Translations under genes and position numbers: made by a program
Shown: piece after piece, positions 27,521 to 38,012 of the stretch
Numbering within the stretch: the first letter of the stretch is position 1
How the letters are laid out: every line of letters begins with the position of its first letter
NCBI GenBank assembly: GCA_025352885.1
Contig: JANXRZ010000102.1
Span: forward strand, 2,205-66,204
Direction of reading: 5' to 3'
DNA: 64,000 bases
From: Pseudomonadota bacterium
GTDB lineage: Bacteria; Pseudomonadota; Gammaproteobacteria; Burkholderiales; SG8-39
Notes under the pieces: model-generated
Told to the model about the DNA's origin: nothing
The model's input: only the letters and a program-made list of their open reading frames with translations
Database searches by the model: none

Positions 27521-28334
27521 GCGCCGCTCCGCGGAGGAAGGCGGCGGCGTTTCGCGTACCCAGGCGGCCGTCCACCGGCGAGCGTCCGAGTCCACTGCGA
27601 GCGAGCCCGTTCGTTTGCAGAAGCTGCTCGCGCAAGCTGGCTTCGGCTCCCGTCGCGAAATCGAAGACTGGATCAGCGGCGGCAGGCTCGTGCTCAACGG
27701 CCGGCCGGCCCAGCTCGGAAACCGCGCGACTCCGCGGGACAAGATCGAGCTGGACGGCAAGCCGCTCGTCTTCGAGCAGGCGTCCGACGAAACGCGAGTC
27801 CTCATGTATCACAAGCCCGAAGGCGAGCTCGTGTCGCGCAACGACCCGAAAGGGCGGCCTACTGTGTTTGCGCATCTTCCGAAGATCAAGGGCGCGAAGT
27901 GGATGTCCATCGGCCGGCTCGACTACAACACCAGCGGGCTGCTGCTGTTCACCAACTCCGGGGAGCTTGCAAACGGCCTCATGCACCCCAAGTTCGAGGT
28001 CGAGCGCGAGTACGCGGTCCGCGTGTTCGGCGGCCTGACCGAAGAGGAAGTCGCCCGACTCCAGTCGGGCATCCCGCTGGGAGACGGTCCCGCAGCCTTC
28101 GGAAAGGTAGTTCCGGCTGGCGGGGAGGGCGCGAACCGCTGGTACAAGGTCACGCTCAAGGAAGGACGCAACCGGGAGGTGCGCAGGCTCATGGAAGCGC
28201 TCGGCAAGCAGGTGAGCCGCCTCATGCGCCTTCGCTACGGCAGCGTTGTGCTTCCGGAGGATCTCCGTCCGGGCGAATGGCGTGAACTTGGCGCGCAGGA
28301 AGTAGCGGGGCTGACCGCCGGCTTTCGAGCCTAA
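27345..28334 (+). CDS. rluB: 23S rRNA pseudouridine synthase B; start ambiguous (in-frame TTGs at 27345, 27486 and 27615)
   Basis: S4 domain RLQKLLAQAGFGSRREIE. Catalytic region VGRLDYNTSGLLLFTN. No ATG or GTG lies upstream of the S4 domain. Confidence 0.88.
   Translation: MSQRNQQKPAAKPPKSAKPPKPAKPPRPAKTASQNKTHQRKARPNSPLRPPRRAQAATERRSAEEGGGVSRTQAAVHRRASESTASEPVRLQKLLAQAGFGSRREIEDWISGGRLVLNGRPAQLGNRATPRDKIELDGKPLVFEQASDETRVLMYHKPEGELVSRNDPKGRPTVFAHLPKIKGAKWMSIGRLDYNTSGLLLFTNSGELANGLMHPKFEVEREYAVRVFGGLTEEEVARLQSGIPLGDGPAAFGKVVPAGGEGANRWYKVTLKEGRNREVRRLMEALGKQVSRLMRLRYGSVVLPEDLRPGEWRELGAQEVAGLTAGFRA
27377..27439. repeat. 18-bp tandem repeat, 3.5 copies (gaagccgcccaagtcagc / gaagccgcccaagccagc / gaagccgcccaggccggc / gaagacagc)
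   Basis: Read directly. It is open in two frames: EAAQxS in the scpB frame and KPPKxA in the rluB frame. Confidence 0.9.
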
Positions 28335-28407
28335 AAGTACCGGAGAGATTGTCCGGGCGTCCAAAATACGTTATACTTCCAATGATTTATTGGGTGCGTT
28401 GGTTTAA

Positions 28408-28429
28408 GTGGGCTTCAGGCCCATTTTTT
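28408..28429 (+). terminator. Weak intrinsic terminator after rluB
   Basis: Stem TGGGC / GCCCA with a 5-nt loop, followed by TTTTTT. Confidence 0.45.
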
Positions 28430-28484
28430 ATTTGCGCGCCCGGTTTTGGGGCCGGATGGCCCGGGATTGGCGGCGAGAACACGC

Positions 28485-28919
28485 ATGGGACCTTTGGCAG
28501 GCAGGCTGGAACCGACGCTCGCGGGCCTCGGATACGAGCTGGTGGATGCGCAAGCCTCCAACCACGGGCGCTTTTTGCGTATTTTCATTGACAAGCCGGG
28601 GGGCATCACGGTGGATGACTGTGCCAACGTAAGCAGGCACCTGGGCCGCTTTCTTGCGGTCGAAGGGATCGATTACGAGCGGTTGGAAGTGTCTTCCCCG
28701 GGGCTGGACAGGCCCCTCACGAAGGCTGCGGATTTCGCCCGGTTTACCGGGCAGAAAGCCGACGTGAGGATGGCGCAGGCGCGTCCCGATGGTCGCAAGC
28801 GGTTCATAGGCGTGCTGCAGGGCGTGGAAGGGTCGACGCTGTCGATGGAAGTGGAGGGCGCAAGGGTTGCGCTTGAACTCGAAGGTGTGGAACGGGCGAA
28901 GCTCGTTCCGGACCTGTAG
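28485..28919 (+). CDS. rimP: Ribosome maturation factor RimP
   Basis: Motifs [14 protein letters not shown] and [12 protein letters not shown]. The ATG at 28485 is preferred over the TTG at 28446. Confidence 0.9.
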   Translation: MGPLAGRLEPTLAGLGYELVDAQASNHGRFLRIFIDKPGGITVDDCANVSRHLGRFLAVEGIDYERLEVSSPGLDRPLTKAADFARFTGQKADVRMAQARPDGRKRFIGVLQGVEGSTLSMEVEGARVALELEGVERAKLVPDL

Positions 28920-28942
28920 GCATTAGTCAGGAGAGCGGGAAG

Positions 28943-30463
28943 ATGAGCCGGGAAATTCTGCTGCTGGTAGACGCGCTGGCGCGCGAGAAGAACGTCAATC
29001 GGGACACGGTGTTTGCCGCTCTCGAGATGGCGATCGCCTCGGCGACCAAGAAACGCTTCACGGAGGACGTCGACGTGAGGGTGGCGATCGACCGCAACAC
29101 CGGCGCTTACGAGGCCTTCCGCCGCTGGCACATCGTGCCGGACGACACGGCCGACTACAACACCGCTCAGATGACTTCGCTTGAGGAAGCGCACGAGAAG
29201 ATGCCTGAAGCGCTCATGGACGAATACATCGAGGAGCCGCTCGAGCCGGTGGAATTCGGCCGCATCGGCGCCCAGACGGCCAAGCAGGTCATCCTGCAGC
29301 GCATTCGCGATGCCGAGCGCGAACAGATCCTGAACGACTTCCTTTCGCGAGGCGACGAGCTCGTCACGGGCACCGTCAAGCGCATGGAGCGCGGCAGCGC
29401 CATCGTCGAATCCGGCCGCATGGAAGCATTGCTCCCACGCGAGCACATGATTCCCAAAGAAAACCTTCGCATCGGCGATCGCGTGCGCGCCTGGGTCATG
29501 AAGATCGACCGCTCGGCCCGGGGCCCCCAGCTCATTCTGTCGCGCACGGCGCCCGAATTCATCATGAAGCTGTTCGAGCTCGAGGTGCCCGAGATCGAGG
29601 AAGGTTTGCTCGAAATCAAGTCGGCCGCCCGTGACCCCGGCATCCGCGCGAAGATCGGCGTACACACGAACGACCGTCGCATCGACCCGATCGGCACTTG
29701 CGTAGGCATGCGCGGCTCGCGCGTCCAGGCCGTGACACAGGAACTGGCCGGCGAGCGCGTCGACATCGTGTTGTGGTCGGCCGATCCTGCGCAGTTCGTC
29801 ATCGGCGCGCTTGCGCCAGCCGAAGTCAGCTCGATCGTGGTCGACGAGGAAAAGCACAGCATGGACGTGGTGGTCGACGAGGAGAACCTCGCCATCGCCA
29901 TCGGGCGCAGCGGCCAGAACGTCCGCCTCGCCTCCGAGCTCACCGGCTGGACGCTCAACCTCATGACCCAGGAAGAGTCCGTGAAGAAGCAGCAGGAAGA
30001 GGGGCGCAGCATCAAGGACCTTTTCATGGAGAAGATCGACGTCGACGAGGAAGTCGCCGACATCCTCATCCAGGAAGGCTTCTCGACGCTCGAGGAAATT
30101 GCATACGTGCCGATCACCGAAATGATGGAGATCGATGCGTTCGACGAGGACACGGTGAACGAGCTGCGCAGCCGCGCCCGCAACGCGCTGCTCGTGCAGG
30201 CGATCGCGAGCGAGGAGCAGGTGCAGGGCGTGGACCAGAACCTGCTGACGCTCGACGGGATGGACAACGCGCTGGCGGCGAAGCTAGCTGAAGGCGGAAT
30301 CAAGACGCGTGACGACCTCGCCGACCTCGCAGTGGATGAATTGTTGGAATTGACCGGTGTCGACGACGAACGGGCCAAGACGCTCATCATGGCGGCACGT
30401 GCGCACTGGTTTGCAGACGAGCCTGCCGCCGAGCCGGTCGCGGCGCAGAAGGAGGCTTCATAA
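28943..30463 (+). CDS. nusA: Transcription termination/antitermination factor NusA
   Basis: N-terminal [19 protein letters not shown]1 and KH regions, and the C-terminal acidic repeats. Confidence 0.97.
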   Translation: MSREILLLVDALAREKNVNRDTVFAALEMAIASATKKRFTEDVDVRVAIDRNTGAYEAFRRWHIVPDDTADYNTAQMTSLEEAHEKMPEALMDEYIEEPLEPVEFGRIGAQTAKQVILQRIRDAEREQILNDFLSRGDELVTGTVKRMERGSAIVESGRMEALLPREHMIPKENLRIGDRVRAWVMKIDRSARGPQLILSRTAPEFIMKLFELEVPEIEEGLLEIKSAARDPGIRAKIGVHTNDRRIDPIGTCVGMRGSRVQAVTQELAGERVDIVLWSADPAQFVIGALAPAEVSSIVVDEEKHSMDVVVDEENLAIAIGRSGQNVRLASELTGWTLNLMTQEESVKKQQEEGRSIKDLFMEKIDVDEEVADILIQEGFSTLEEIAYVPITEMMEIDAFDEDTVNELRSRARNALLVQAIASEEQVQGVDQNLLTLDGMDNALAAKLAEGGIKTRDDLADLAVDELLELTGVDDERAKTLIMAARAHWFADEPAAEPVAAQKEAS

Positions 30464-30465
30464 GC

Positions 30466-33174
30466 ATGGCCCAGACAAGCGTCGCCCAATTCGCGAGCGA
30501 GCTCAAGGTCCAGCCTTCGGTCCTGCTCGAGCAGCTCAAGGCTGCGGGCGTTCAAAAAGCGGTGCCCGAGGATTCGCTGACCGAGCAGGACAAGTCGCGC
30601 CTGCTCGAGTACCTGCGTCGCTCGCATGGCTCCCAGGAGCCCAAGAACAAGATCACGCTCACGCGCAAGCAGACAAGCGAGATCAAGAAATCCGATTCGA
30701 GCGGCAAGGCCAGGACGATCCAGGTCGAGGTGCGCAAGCGCCGCGTTTTCGTCAAGCGTGACCCGAACGAGGCGCCTGAAGTCGAAACGCCGGAAGTCGC
30801 GCCCGCGCCGCAGGCCGCTGCACCCGCACCCGCACCCGCTCCGGTCATCGAGCCCGTCAAGGCACCTGAGCCCGCGCCCGCACCGGTCGCTGCGCCAACG
30901 CCGGCGCCTGCCCAAGTCCAGCCCCCTGCAGCGGTTCCCCCAGCGGCGCCCACCCCGGCACCTGCGCCCGCGTACGGCCTCGATCCCAAGCAGGTGGAGC
31001 TGCGTAAGGAAGAAGCGAAGCGCCACAAGAAGCTGTCGGACATCCAGGAAGCGGAACTGCGCGACAAGCAGGAGCGTGAGCGCCGCGATTCCGAAAACAA
31101 AGCCGCTGAGCGTGAAGCGCAGGCTGCTCTTGAGAAGGCCAAGGCCGATGCAGCCAGCAGGCCGGCCGCAACGCCAGGTACCGACGGCACGCTGCACAAG
31201 CCCAAGCTCAGCGCCGCAGACGCCGCGAAGGCCGACAAAAAACCGAAGAAAGTCAAGACCACAACAGTCCTCAAGGACGATTCCGCACGGCGCCGCATGA
31301 TCAAGACCCGCGGCGACGCGGGCGGCGGCGTAGCGGGTTGGCATGCGCGTGGCGGACGTCACAAGACAGGCCACGCCGAGGCCGATACCACGGCCTTTTC
31401 GGCGCCGGTCGAGCCCGTAATTCGTGAAGTGGCCGTACCCGAGACGATTACCGTTGGTGAACTCGCGCACAAGATGTCAGTAAAGGCTGCCGAGGTCATC
31501 AAAGCGCTGATGAAGCTCGGTTCCATGGTCACGATCAATCAGGTCCTGGACCAGGAAACGGCCATCATTCTCGTCGAGGAAATGGGTCACAAGGCGAAAG
31601 CCGCGAAGCTGGACGACCCGGAAGCGTACATCGCCGAGAACGAAGAGGCGTCGACTGCAGAACAGACCACGCGACCGCCGGTGGTGACGGTGATGGGCCA
31701 CGTCGACCACGGAAAGACGTCGCTCCTCGATTACATCAGGCGTGCGAAAGTCGCGGCCGGCGAAGCTGGGGGTATCACCCAGCACATCGGCGCTTATCAC
31801 GTCGAGACGCCGCGGGGTGTCGTCACCTTCCTCGATACGCCGGGCCACGAGGCGTTTACCGCCATGCGGGCGCGCGGCGCGAAGGCAACGGACATCGTTA
31901 TCCTGGTTGTTGCTGCGGACGACGGCGTCATGCCGCAAACGATCGAAGCTATCAACCATGCGAAGGCTGCGAACGTGCCGATCGTCGTGGCGCTCAACAA
32001 GATCGACAAGCCCGAGGCCACACCGGAAAAAGTACGCCAGGAGCTCGTGAGCCATGGCGTAATTCCTGAGGAATACGGTGGTGAGTCGCCGTTCGTGCCG
32101 GTTTCGGCAAAGACCGGGCAGGGCATCGATGAACTCCTCGAACAAGTCCTGCTGCAGGCTGAGGTGCTGGAACTGAAGGCGCCGGTGGATGCGCTGGCGA
32201 GGGGAGTGGTGATCGAGGCTAGGCTCGACAAGGGCCGTGGGCCTGTTGCAACGCTGCTTGTGCAATCCGGCACCCTTAAGCGCGGCGATGTCGTCCTTAC
32301 CGGTTCGGTTTTCGGTCGCGTGCGAGCGATGCTCGATGAGGCCGGTCGTCCGGTGCAGACCGCCGGCCCGTCCATCCCCGTCGAGATCCAGGGCTTGTCT
32401 GACGTGCCGCAGGCCGGCGAGGAAATGGCTGTGCTTACGGACGAGCGAAAAGCTCGCGAAATCGCGCTTTTCCGCCAGGGAAAGTTCCGGGATGTGAAGC
32501 TCGCCAAGCAACGCGCGGCGAAGCTCGACGGCATCTTCGACAACATGGGCGAGGGCGCGAAGAAGTCGCTCGCGCTCGTGGTCAAGTCCGATGTGCAGGG
32601 GTCCCAGGAAGCGTTGGTGCATGCGCTCTCGCGCTTGTCCAACGAAGAGGTCAAAGTCACCGTGGTTCACGCGGGCGTCGGCGGTATAACGGAGTCGGAC
32701 GTCAACCTCGCGATGGCCTCCGGGGCGGTGATCGTCGGCTTCAACACACGAGCGGATGTGACGGCTCGCAAGCTGATCGAGTCGGCGGGCGTCGATGTGC
32801 GCTACTACAACATCATTTACGAGGCTGTCGACGAGATCAAGGCGGCGCTGTCCGGGATGCTGTCGCCTGAGCAGAAGGAAAGCGTGCTCGGGCTGGTGGA
32901 AGTGCGGCAGGTATTCCGCATCTCGAAGGTGGGCACCGTTGCCGGCTGCTACGTGCTCGAAGGACTCGTCAGGCGCAATGCGCAAGTTCGCGTGTTGCGT
33001 GACAACGTGGTCATCCATACGGGCGAGATCGATGCGCTCAAACGATTCAAGGATGACCAGCGGGAAGTGAAGGCCGGGTTCGAGTGCGGCATCTCGCTCA
33101 AGAACTTCAACGACCTGAACGAGAAAGACCAGTTCGAAGTGTTCGAGGTGCAGGAGGTGGCGCGCACGTTGTAA
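30466..33174 (+). CDS. infB: Translation initiation factor IF-2
   Basis: G-domain motifs [20 protein letters not shown] and NKID. The N-terminal linker is Pro/Ala-rich. Confidence 0.97.
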   Translation: MAQTSVAQFASELKVQPSVLLEQLKAAGVQKAVPEDSLTEQDKSRLLEYLRRSHGSQEPKNKITLTRKQTSEIKKSDSSGKARTIQVEVRKRRVFVKRDPNEAPEVETPEVAPAPQAAAPAPAPAPVIEPVKAPEPAPAPVAAPTPAPAQVQPPAAVPPAAPTPAPAPAYGLDPKQVELRKEEAKRHKKLSDIQEAELRDKQERERRDSENKAAEREAQAALEKAKADAASRPAATPGTDGTLHKPKLSAADAAKADKKPKKVKTTTVLKDDSARRRMIKTRGDAGGGVAGWHARGGRHKTGHAEADTTAFSAPVEPVIREVAVPETITVGELAHKMSVKAAEVIKALMKLGSMVTINQVLDQETAIILVEEMGHKAKAAKLDDPEAYIAENEEASTAEQTTRPPVVTVMGHVDHGKTSLLDYIRRAKVAAGEAGGITQHIGAYHVETPRGVVTFLDTPGHEAFTAMRARGAKATDIVILVVAADDGVMPQTIEAINHAKAANVPIVVALNKIDKPEATPEKVRQELVSHGVIPEEYGGESPFVPVSAKTGQGIDELLEQVLLQAEVLELKAPVDALARGVVIEARLDKGRGPVATLLVQSGTLKRGDVVLTGSVFGRVRAMLDEAGRPVQTAGPSIPVEIQGLSDVPQAGEEMAVLTDERKAREIALFRQGKFRDVKLAKQRAAKLDGIFDNMGEGAKKSLALVVKSDVQGSQEALVHALSRLSNEEVKVTVVHAGVGGITESDVNLAMASGAVIVGFNTRADVTARKLIESAGVDVRYYNIIYEAVDEIKAALSGMLSPEQKESVLGLVEVRQVFRISKVGTVAGCYVLEGLVRRNAQVRVLRDNVVIHTGEIDALKRFKDDQREVKAGFECGISLKNFNDLNEKDQFEVFEVQEVARTL

Positions 33175-33190
33175 GCGCGCCTTCCAATCC

Positions 33191-33571
33191 ATGCCACGCC
33201 CGTCGGGACGCTCGCAAAAGGTCGGAGACCAGCTACAGCGCGAGCTCTCCGAGATCATCCACCGTGAGCTGCGCGACCCCAGGGTTGGGTTGATCACGCT
33301 CACGGGTGTAGATGTATCGGCTGACTGTGCCTATGCGACGGTGTATTTCACCTGCCTGGATGCCGATCAAGTGAAGGCGGCCAAAGCGGGACTCGAGCGT
33401 GCAACAGGATTTCTTCGCACGCAATTGGGTAAGCGCATCAAGCTCTGGATGACGCCGGAGCTCAAGTTCGTTTATGACGAATCGGTGGAGCGGGGCGACC
33501 GGCTTTCGAGACTCATCGACAGCGCCAACAAATCGCACCCCGGACAGCCTGCAGATCCTGAAAAAGGATAA
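33191..33571 (+). CDS. rbfA: Ribosome-binding factor A
   Basis: Motifs RSQKVGDQLQRELSEII, DPRVG and VDVSADCAYATVYF. Confidence 0.95.
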   Translation: MPRPSGRSQKVGDQLQRELSEIIHRELRDPRVGLITLTGVDVSADCAYATVYFTCLDADQVKAAKAGLERATGFLRTQLGKRIKLWMTPELKFVYDESVERGDRLSRLIDSANKSHPGQPADPEKG

Positions 33572-34496
33572 CGCGAGGCCCGCTCCCCGGCCGCGCCGGC
33601 GGGTTGACGGCATCCTCCTGCTCGACAAGCCGGTCGGGTTGTCTTCGAACCACGCGCTCCAGGCGGCAAAGCGGCTTTTCCAGGCGGAAAAGGCAGGTCA
33701 CGCCGGAACCCTCGACCCCCTCGCTTCGGGTCTCCTGCCGGTGCTGCTCGGGGATGCGACACGCTTTTCCGGATACCTGCTTGATGCGCCGAAATGCTAC
33801 GAGGCGAACGTTCAGCTGGGCGTGACCACCACCACTGCAGACGCCGAGGGCGCGGTCCTCGAACGCAGGGAGGTCGATGTAAGCCGCGGGCAGCTTGAGT
33901 CGGTGCTCGAGCGATTCTTGGGCACCCAGACGCAGGTTCCGCCAATGCATTCGGCACTTAAGCGCGAAGGTACGCCGCTTTACGTCCTGGCTCGCCGGGG
34001 GGAGACCGTCGACCGGCCGGCTAGAACCATTGAAATTTCGGCAATCGAGCTGGTTTCCCACGAAGCCGATCGCTTTACCGTCCGGGTCGCGTGCAGCAAG
34101 GGAACTTACATCCGGACCTTGGCTGAGGATATTGGCGCAGCACTTGGATGTGGCGCCCATCTCTACGGGCTGCGCCGAACGGCTACCGGCTCGTTCAAGA
34201 TTGAAGAGGCCGTCTCCCTCGACCGGCTTTCTGAAATTGCGGAGGGTGATCGCGACAGCCTCCTGGCTCCGCCTGATTCCATCGTCAAACAGCTCGAGCG
34301 CGTGGATCTGGACGCCCTCGCGGAAGCCAGGTTTTGCCAGGGACAGGCTGTGCCCAAGGAGGGGTTTCCACAAGGGGTTTGCCGCGTCTATGGCGGTACC
34401 GGGCGGTTCCTCGGGCTGGGGGAGATGCAGGGCGAGGACCGGCTCGCGCCTAAGCGCCTCTTGGCGGAGCGCAAAGAGCCGACGGCAACAGGCTGA
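33474..34496 (+). CDS. truB: tRNA pseudouridine(55) synthase TruB; the first canonical start overlaps rbfA by 98 nt
   Basis: Motifs GILLLDKPVGLSSN, AGHAGTLDPLASGLL and PPMHSALK. Confidence 0.9.
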   Translation: MTNRWSGATGFRDSSTAPTNRTPDSLQILKKDNARPAPRPRRRVDGILLLDKPVGLSSNHALQAAKRLFQAEKAGHAGTLDPLASGLLPVLLGDATRFSGYLLDAPKCYEANVQLGVTTTTADAEGAVLERREVDVSRGQLESVLERFLGTQTQVPPMHSALKREGTPLYVLARRGETVDRPARTIEISAIELVSHEADRFTVRVACSKGTYIRTLAEDIGAALGCGAHLYGLRRTATGSFKIEEAVSLDRLSEIAEGDRDSLLAPPDSIVKQLERVDLDALAEARFCQGQAVPKEGFPQGVCRVYGGTGRFLGLGEMQGEDRLAPKRLLAERKEPTATG

Positions 34497-34511
34497 AAAT
34501 CATCGGAAAAC

Positions 34512-34541
34512 TTGCGAAATAGCGGCCGTTTCAGCTAAAAT
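34512..34541 (+). promoter_or_regulatory. Putative sigma70 promoter of rpsO
   Basis: -35 TTGCGA (34512-34517), an 18-nt spacer, and -10 TAAAAT (34536-34541). Confidence 0.5.
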
Positions 34542-34567
34542 CGCGGTTTCGCAAGGAGAAAGAGAAA

Positions 34568-34837
34568 ATGGCTTTGCAGGTCGCGCAAAAAGCGCAGGTC
34601 GTAAAACAATTCCAGCGGGCGGTCACCGACACCGGCTCGTCAGAGGTTCAGGTTGCCTTGCTCACCGAGCGCATCAACGGGCTCACCGAGCATTTCAAGG
34701 CGCACACCAAGGATTTCCATTCGCGTCGCGGGTTGCTGAAAATGGTCAGCCAGCGCCGCAAGCTGCTCGATTACCTGAAGCGCACGGATGCGGACAAGTA
34801 CCGCAACGTGATCGAACGGCTCGGGCTGCGCAAGTAA
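34568..34837 (+). CDS. rpsO: 30S ribosomal protein S15
   Basis: Motifs [31 protein letters not shown] and RRKLLDYL. Confidence 0.97.
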   Translation: MALQVAQKAQVVKQFQRAVTDTGSSEVQVALLTERINGLTEHFKAHTKDFHSRRGLLKMVSQRRKLLDYLKRTDADKYRNVIERLGLRK

Positions 34838-34858
34838 AAAACCAGATGTTCCGCCCAG

Positions 34859-34892
34859 AAACGCTCATCTCTCCGGTGAGCGTTTTTGTTTT
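34859..34892 (+). terminator. rpsO terminator/attenuator hairpin upstream of pnp
   Basis: Stem AAACGCTCA / TGAGCGTTT with a 9-nt loop, followed by a TTTTTGTTTT tract. Confidence 0.7.
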
Positions 34893-34984
34893 CGGCGTTC
34901 GCCGTCATCGATCGCTTCACGCCAGAGCGCCGGCGCAGTGATCGCCTCGATGGGCGAGTAACCCGTTCCATAAGGACACTCCCT

Positions 34985-37096
34985 TTGAATCCCTTCAAGA
35001 AAACATTCACGTACGGCACCCAGCAAGTCACCCTCGAGACAGGTGAAGTCGCGCGCCAGTCGCACGGCGCCGTGATCTGCACGATCGACGACACCGTGGT
35101 CCTCGCCACCGTTGTCGGGAAAAAAGACGCAAAGCCTGGACAGGATTTTTTCCCGCTGACTGTCGACTACGTCGAAAAGACTTATGCCGCGGGCAAGATC
35201 CCGGGCGGATTCTTCAAGCGTGAGGGCCGGCCTTCCGAGAAAGAGATCCTGACCTGCCGGCTGATCGATCGTCCCATCCGTCCCCTGTTTCCCGACGGTT
35301 TCTACAACGAAGTGCAGGTGGTTGCTACGGTGATGTCCTGCAATCCCGAAGTGGATCCGGACATCGTTTCAATGCTGGCGGTTTCGGCGGCGCTGACGCT
35401 CTCCGGTATCCCGTTCAACGGCCCTATCGGTGCGGCACGTGTCGGATATGTGAACGGCGAGTACGTTCTTAACCCCACGGCTAGCCAGCTGAAAGACTCG
35501 CAGCTCAACCTCGTCGTCGCCGGTACTGAGCAGGGCGTGCTGATGGTCGAATCCGAGGCGATGGAGCTTGCTGAAGACGTGATGCTCGGCGCCGTGACGT
35601 TCGGGCACGATCAGATGCAGGTGGCCATCGAAGCCATCCATTCATTGGCGGAAGAAGCCGGCAAGCCGTCCTGGGATTGGCAGGCCCCGTCTAAAGACGA
35701 GGCAATGATCGCGCGCGTCAAAGAGATTGCAGAAAAGGACCTGCGCGACGCCTTTGCAATGAAGCAGAAGCAGGCTCGCTCGACGGCAATCGACGGGATC
35801 TGGAAGCGCGTGTTCAACGAGCTTGGCGTAGGCGCCGATAACGGCCCGGACGCGAATACAGTCAAGGACGTCTGCTTCGGCCTGGAATCGAGCATTGTGC
35901 GCAGCCAGATCCTCGATGGCGAACCGCGAATCGACGGTCGCGATACCCGCACCGTGCGCCCGATCACCATCCGCACCGGCGTGCTGCCCCGTACCCACGG
36001 GTCGGCGCTCTTTACGCGTGGCGAAACGCAGGCCCTCGTCGTTGCGACCCTGGGAACCGGTCGCGACGAGCAGATCATCGACGCCCTGATGGGCGAGTAT
36101 CGCGATCGGTTCATGCTCCACTACAACATGCCCCCCTACGCGACTGGCGAGACCGGCCGCATGGGGTCGTCCAAGCGCCGGGAGATCGGCCACGGCCGCT
36201 TGGCCAAGCGCGCGCTCCTCGCAACGCTTCCGAGCGCCGAAGAATTCGGCTACTCAATGCGCGTGGTTTCCGAAATCACGGAGTCGAACGGGTCATCCTC
36301 GATGGCCTCAGTGTGCGGCGGAAGCCTTGCGTTGATGGACGCGGGCGTGCCCATGAAAGCGCATGTGGCCGGCATTGCGATGGGCCTCATCAAGGAAGGC
36401 AACCGGTTTGCAGTGCTGACCGACATCCTCGGCGATGAGGACCACCTCGGCGACATGGATTTCAAGGTGGCGGGCACGGAGAAGGGCATCACCGCGCTCC
36501 AGATGGACCTCAAAATCGAGTCGATCACCAAGGAAATCATGCTGGTGGCGCTGAACCAGGCACGCGAAGGCCGGGTCCACATCCTCGAAATCATGAAGCA
36601 GTCGATGCAGGGCTCGCGCACGGAAATCTCGACGTTTGCGCCGCGCATCATCAAGCTGAAGATCAATCCCGAGAAGATTCGAGATGTCATCGGCAAGGGC
36701 GGCGTGGTCATTCGCGGCCTGCAGGAAGAAACCGGCACCACGATCGAGATCCAGGACGACGGAACGATTTCCATCGCATCCACCAGCGCAGACGGCGGCG
36801 AACTGGCCAAGAAGAAGATCCAGGAACTCACGGCGGACGTCGAGGTAGGCAAGGTCTATGACGGCACGGTCCTGCGCCTGCTCGATTTCGGCGCCATCGT
36901 AAGCATCCTGCCGGGCCGCGACGGATTGCTGCATATTTCCCAAATCAGCAACGAGCGGGTCAATGCAGTAGCCGACCACCTCAAGGAAGGCCAGGCCGTC
37001 AAGGTCAAGGTGCTGGAGGCGGACGACAAGGGCAGACTGCGCCTGTCGATGAAAGCGATCACCGCGGCGCAAGCCCCGGCGGCCCAGCAAAGCTAG
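34985..37096 (+). CDS. pnp: Polyribonucleotide nucleotidyltransferase (PNPase)
   Basis: The TTG start at 34985 has AAGGA upstream. The N-terminus [25 protein letters not shown] matches the PNPase consensus. KH and S1 domains lie at the C-terminus. Confidence 0.96.
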   Translation: MNPFKKTFTYGTQQVTLETGEVARQSHGAVICTIDDTVVLATVVGKKDAKPGQDFFPLTVDYVEKTYAAGKIPGGFFKREGRPSEKEILTCRLIDRPIRPLFPDGFYNEVQVVATVMSCNPEVDPDIVSMLAVSAALTLSGIPFNGPIGAARVGYVNGEYVLNPTASQLKDSQLNLVVAGTEQGVLMVESEAMELAEDVMLGAVTFGHDQMQVAIEAIHSLAEEAGKPSWDWQAPSKDEAMIARVKEIAEKDLRDAFAMKQKQARSTAIDGIWKRVFNELGVGADNGPDANTVKDVCFGLESSIVRSQILDGEPRIDGRDTRTVRPITIRTGVLPRTHGSALFTRGETQALVVATLGTGRDEQIIDALMGEYRDRFMLHYNMPPYATGETGRMGSSKRREIGHGRLAKRALLATLPSAEEFGYSMRVVSEITESNGSSSMASVCGGSLALMDAGVPMKAHVAGIAMGLIKEGNRFAVLTDILGDEDHLGDMDFKVAGTEKGITALQMDLKIESITKEIMLVALNQAREGRVHILEIMKQSMQGSRTEISTFAPRIIKLKINPEKIRDVIGKGGVVIRGLQEETGTTIEIQDDGTISIASTSADGGELAKKKIQELTADVEVGKVYDGTVLRLLDFGAIVSILPGRDGLLHISQISNERVNAVADHLKEGQAVKVKVLEADDKGRLRLSMKAITAAQAPAAQQS

Positions 37097-37116
37097 GAGC
37101 CGCTCGCCGAATAAAA

Positions 37117-37139
37117 GGGGCGCCTCGGCGCCCCTTTTT
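37117..37139. terminator. Bidirectional intrinsic terminator between convergent pnp and dksA
   Basis: Hairpin GGGGCGCC-TC-GGCGCCCC, flanked by AAAA upstream and TTTTT downstream. Confidence 0.8.
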
Positions 37140-37163
37140 ATTTCACCGGCGTGCGCAGAAAAA

Positions 37164-37589
37164 TTACTTCGCGACCTGCTTCTCGCGCAATTCGTCGAGG
37201 GTCTTGCAATCGATGCACAAAGTAGCGGTCGGCCGCGCTTCGAGGCGCTTCAATCCGATCTCCACCCCGCAGCTGTCGCAATAGCCGTATTCGTCGGCCT
37301 CGATCCTCGCGATGGTCTCGTCGATTTTCTTGATCAGCTTCCTTTCCCGGTCCCGGTTGCGAAGTTCGAGGGCGATGTCGGATTCCTGACTCGCGCGGTC
37401 GTTGGGGTCTGCGAAAACCGTCGCCTCGTCCTGCATCGTGTGCACCGTGCGGTCGATCTCTTCGGAGAGCTCGGACTTCAGCTGCTCGAGGATCTTGCGG
37501 AAGTGCTGGCGCTGCTTCGCGCTCATGTACTCCTCTCCCTTTTTGGGAGCGTACGGCGTGAAGCTCTTCCGGGCCAAATCCAGTGCCAT
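37164..37589 (-). CDS. dksA: RNA polymerase-binding transcription factor DksA
   Basis: Zinc finger CDSCGVEI...CIDC, and coiled-coil tip FADPNDRASQE. The ATG at 37589 has AGGA upstream. Confidence 0.95.
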   Translation of the reverse strand: MALDLARKSFTPYAPKKGEEYMSAKQRQHFRKILEQLKSELSEEIDRTVHTMQDEATVFADPNDRASQESDIALELRNRDRERKLIKKIDETIARIEADEYGYCDSCGVEIGLKRLEARPTATLCIDCKTLDELREKQVAK

Positions 37590-37716
37590 TTCAGTCCTGT
37601 TCGGAAAAAAGGAAAGCGGCTTTGTAGCAGAAAAGGAGGGGTGCCGCAAGCAACCCGGCGCGTGCCTGAATCGCGTTGCCGCAGCATGGCGAACGGCGTA
37701 TCATTCGTGCCCTTTT

Positions 37717-37793
37717 CGGGGTGTAGCGCAGCCCGGTAGCGCGCCTGGTTTGGGACCAGGATGTCGGAGGTTCAAATCCTCTCACCCCGACCA
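37717..37793 (+). tRNA. tRNA-Pro (anticodon TGG)
   Basis: A cloverleaf was built by hand: acceptor CGGGGTG/CACCCCG, anticodon stem CCTGG/CCAGG, loop TTTGGGA, T-loop GGTTCAAATCC, and encoded CCA. Confidence 0.9.
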
Positions 37794-37825
37794 GAAGAGA
37801 AGTGTCGTTGCAAGTGCAGGCCCGG

Positions 37826-37902
37826 CTGCCCGTAGCTCAACTGGATAGAGCACCAGCCTTCTAAGCTGGGGGTTGTGGGTTCGATTCCCGCCGGGCAGGC
37901 CA
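37826..37902 (+). tRNA. tRNA-Arg (anticodon TCT)
   Basis: Acceptor CTGCCCG/CGGGCAG, D-arm GCTCAACTGGATAGAGC, anticodon loop CTTCTAA, T-loop GGTTCGATTCC, and encoded CCA. Confidence 0.88.
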
Positions 37903-37926
37903 GAAGGGTATTGGAGCGAAGTCAAC

Positions 37927-38003
37927 GGTGGCCGTAGCTCAACGGTTAGAGTCCTGGCTTGTGAAGCCAGTTGTTGTGGGTTCGAATCCCATCGGCCACC
38001 CCA
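37927..38003 (+). tRNA. tRNA-His (anticodon GTG) with an encoded G-1
   Basis: GGTGGCCG...CGGCCACCCCA, with the extra 5' G opposite discriminator C. Anticodon loop TTGTGAA. Confidence 0.9.
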
Positions 38004-38012
38004 GTTCCCTGT

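Noticed and set aside
28335-28484. Possible initiator tRNA (metY-like) upstream of rimP-nusA-infB, as in E. coli
   Set aside because: No cloverleaf can be drawn and there is no GGTTCGAAT-type T-loop. The region contains only a short terminator-like hairpin and a GC-rich leader.
30780-31000. Repetitive Pro/Ala-coding stretch (gcacccgcacccgcacccgc...)
   Set aside because: It lies inside infB and encodes the usual low-complexity IF-2 linker. It is not a CRISPR array or a non-coding repeat.
29167-31470. 767-aa ORF on the minus strand
   Set aside because: It lies antisense to nusA and infB, whose identities are unambiguous. Its sequence is Ser/Arg/Ala-rich nonsense. It is a shadow ORF.
37717-38003. 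tRNA-Pro/Arg/His cluster as a genomic-island integration site
   Set aside because: There is no integrase and no visible duplicated tRNA 3' end. Core genes (dksA, prmB) flank the cluster directly, within 10 nt on the prmB side and about 130 nt on the dksA side.
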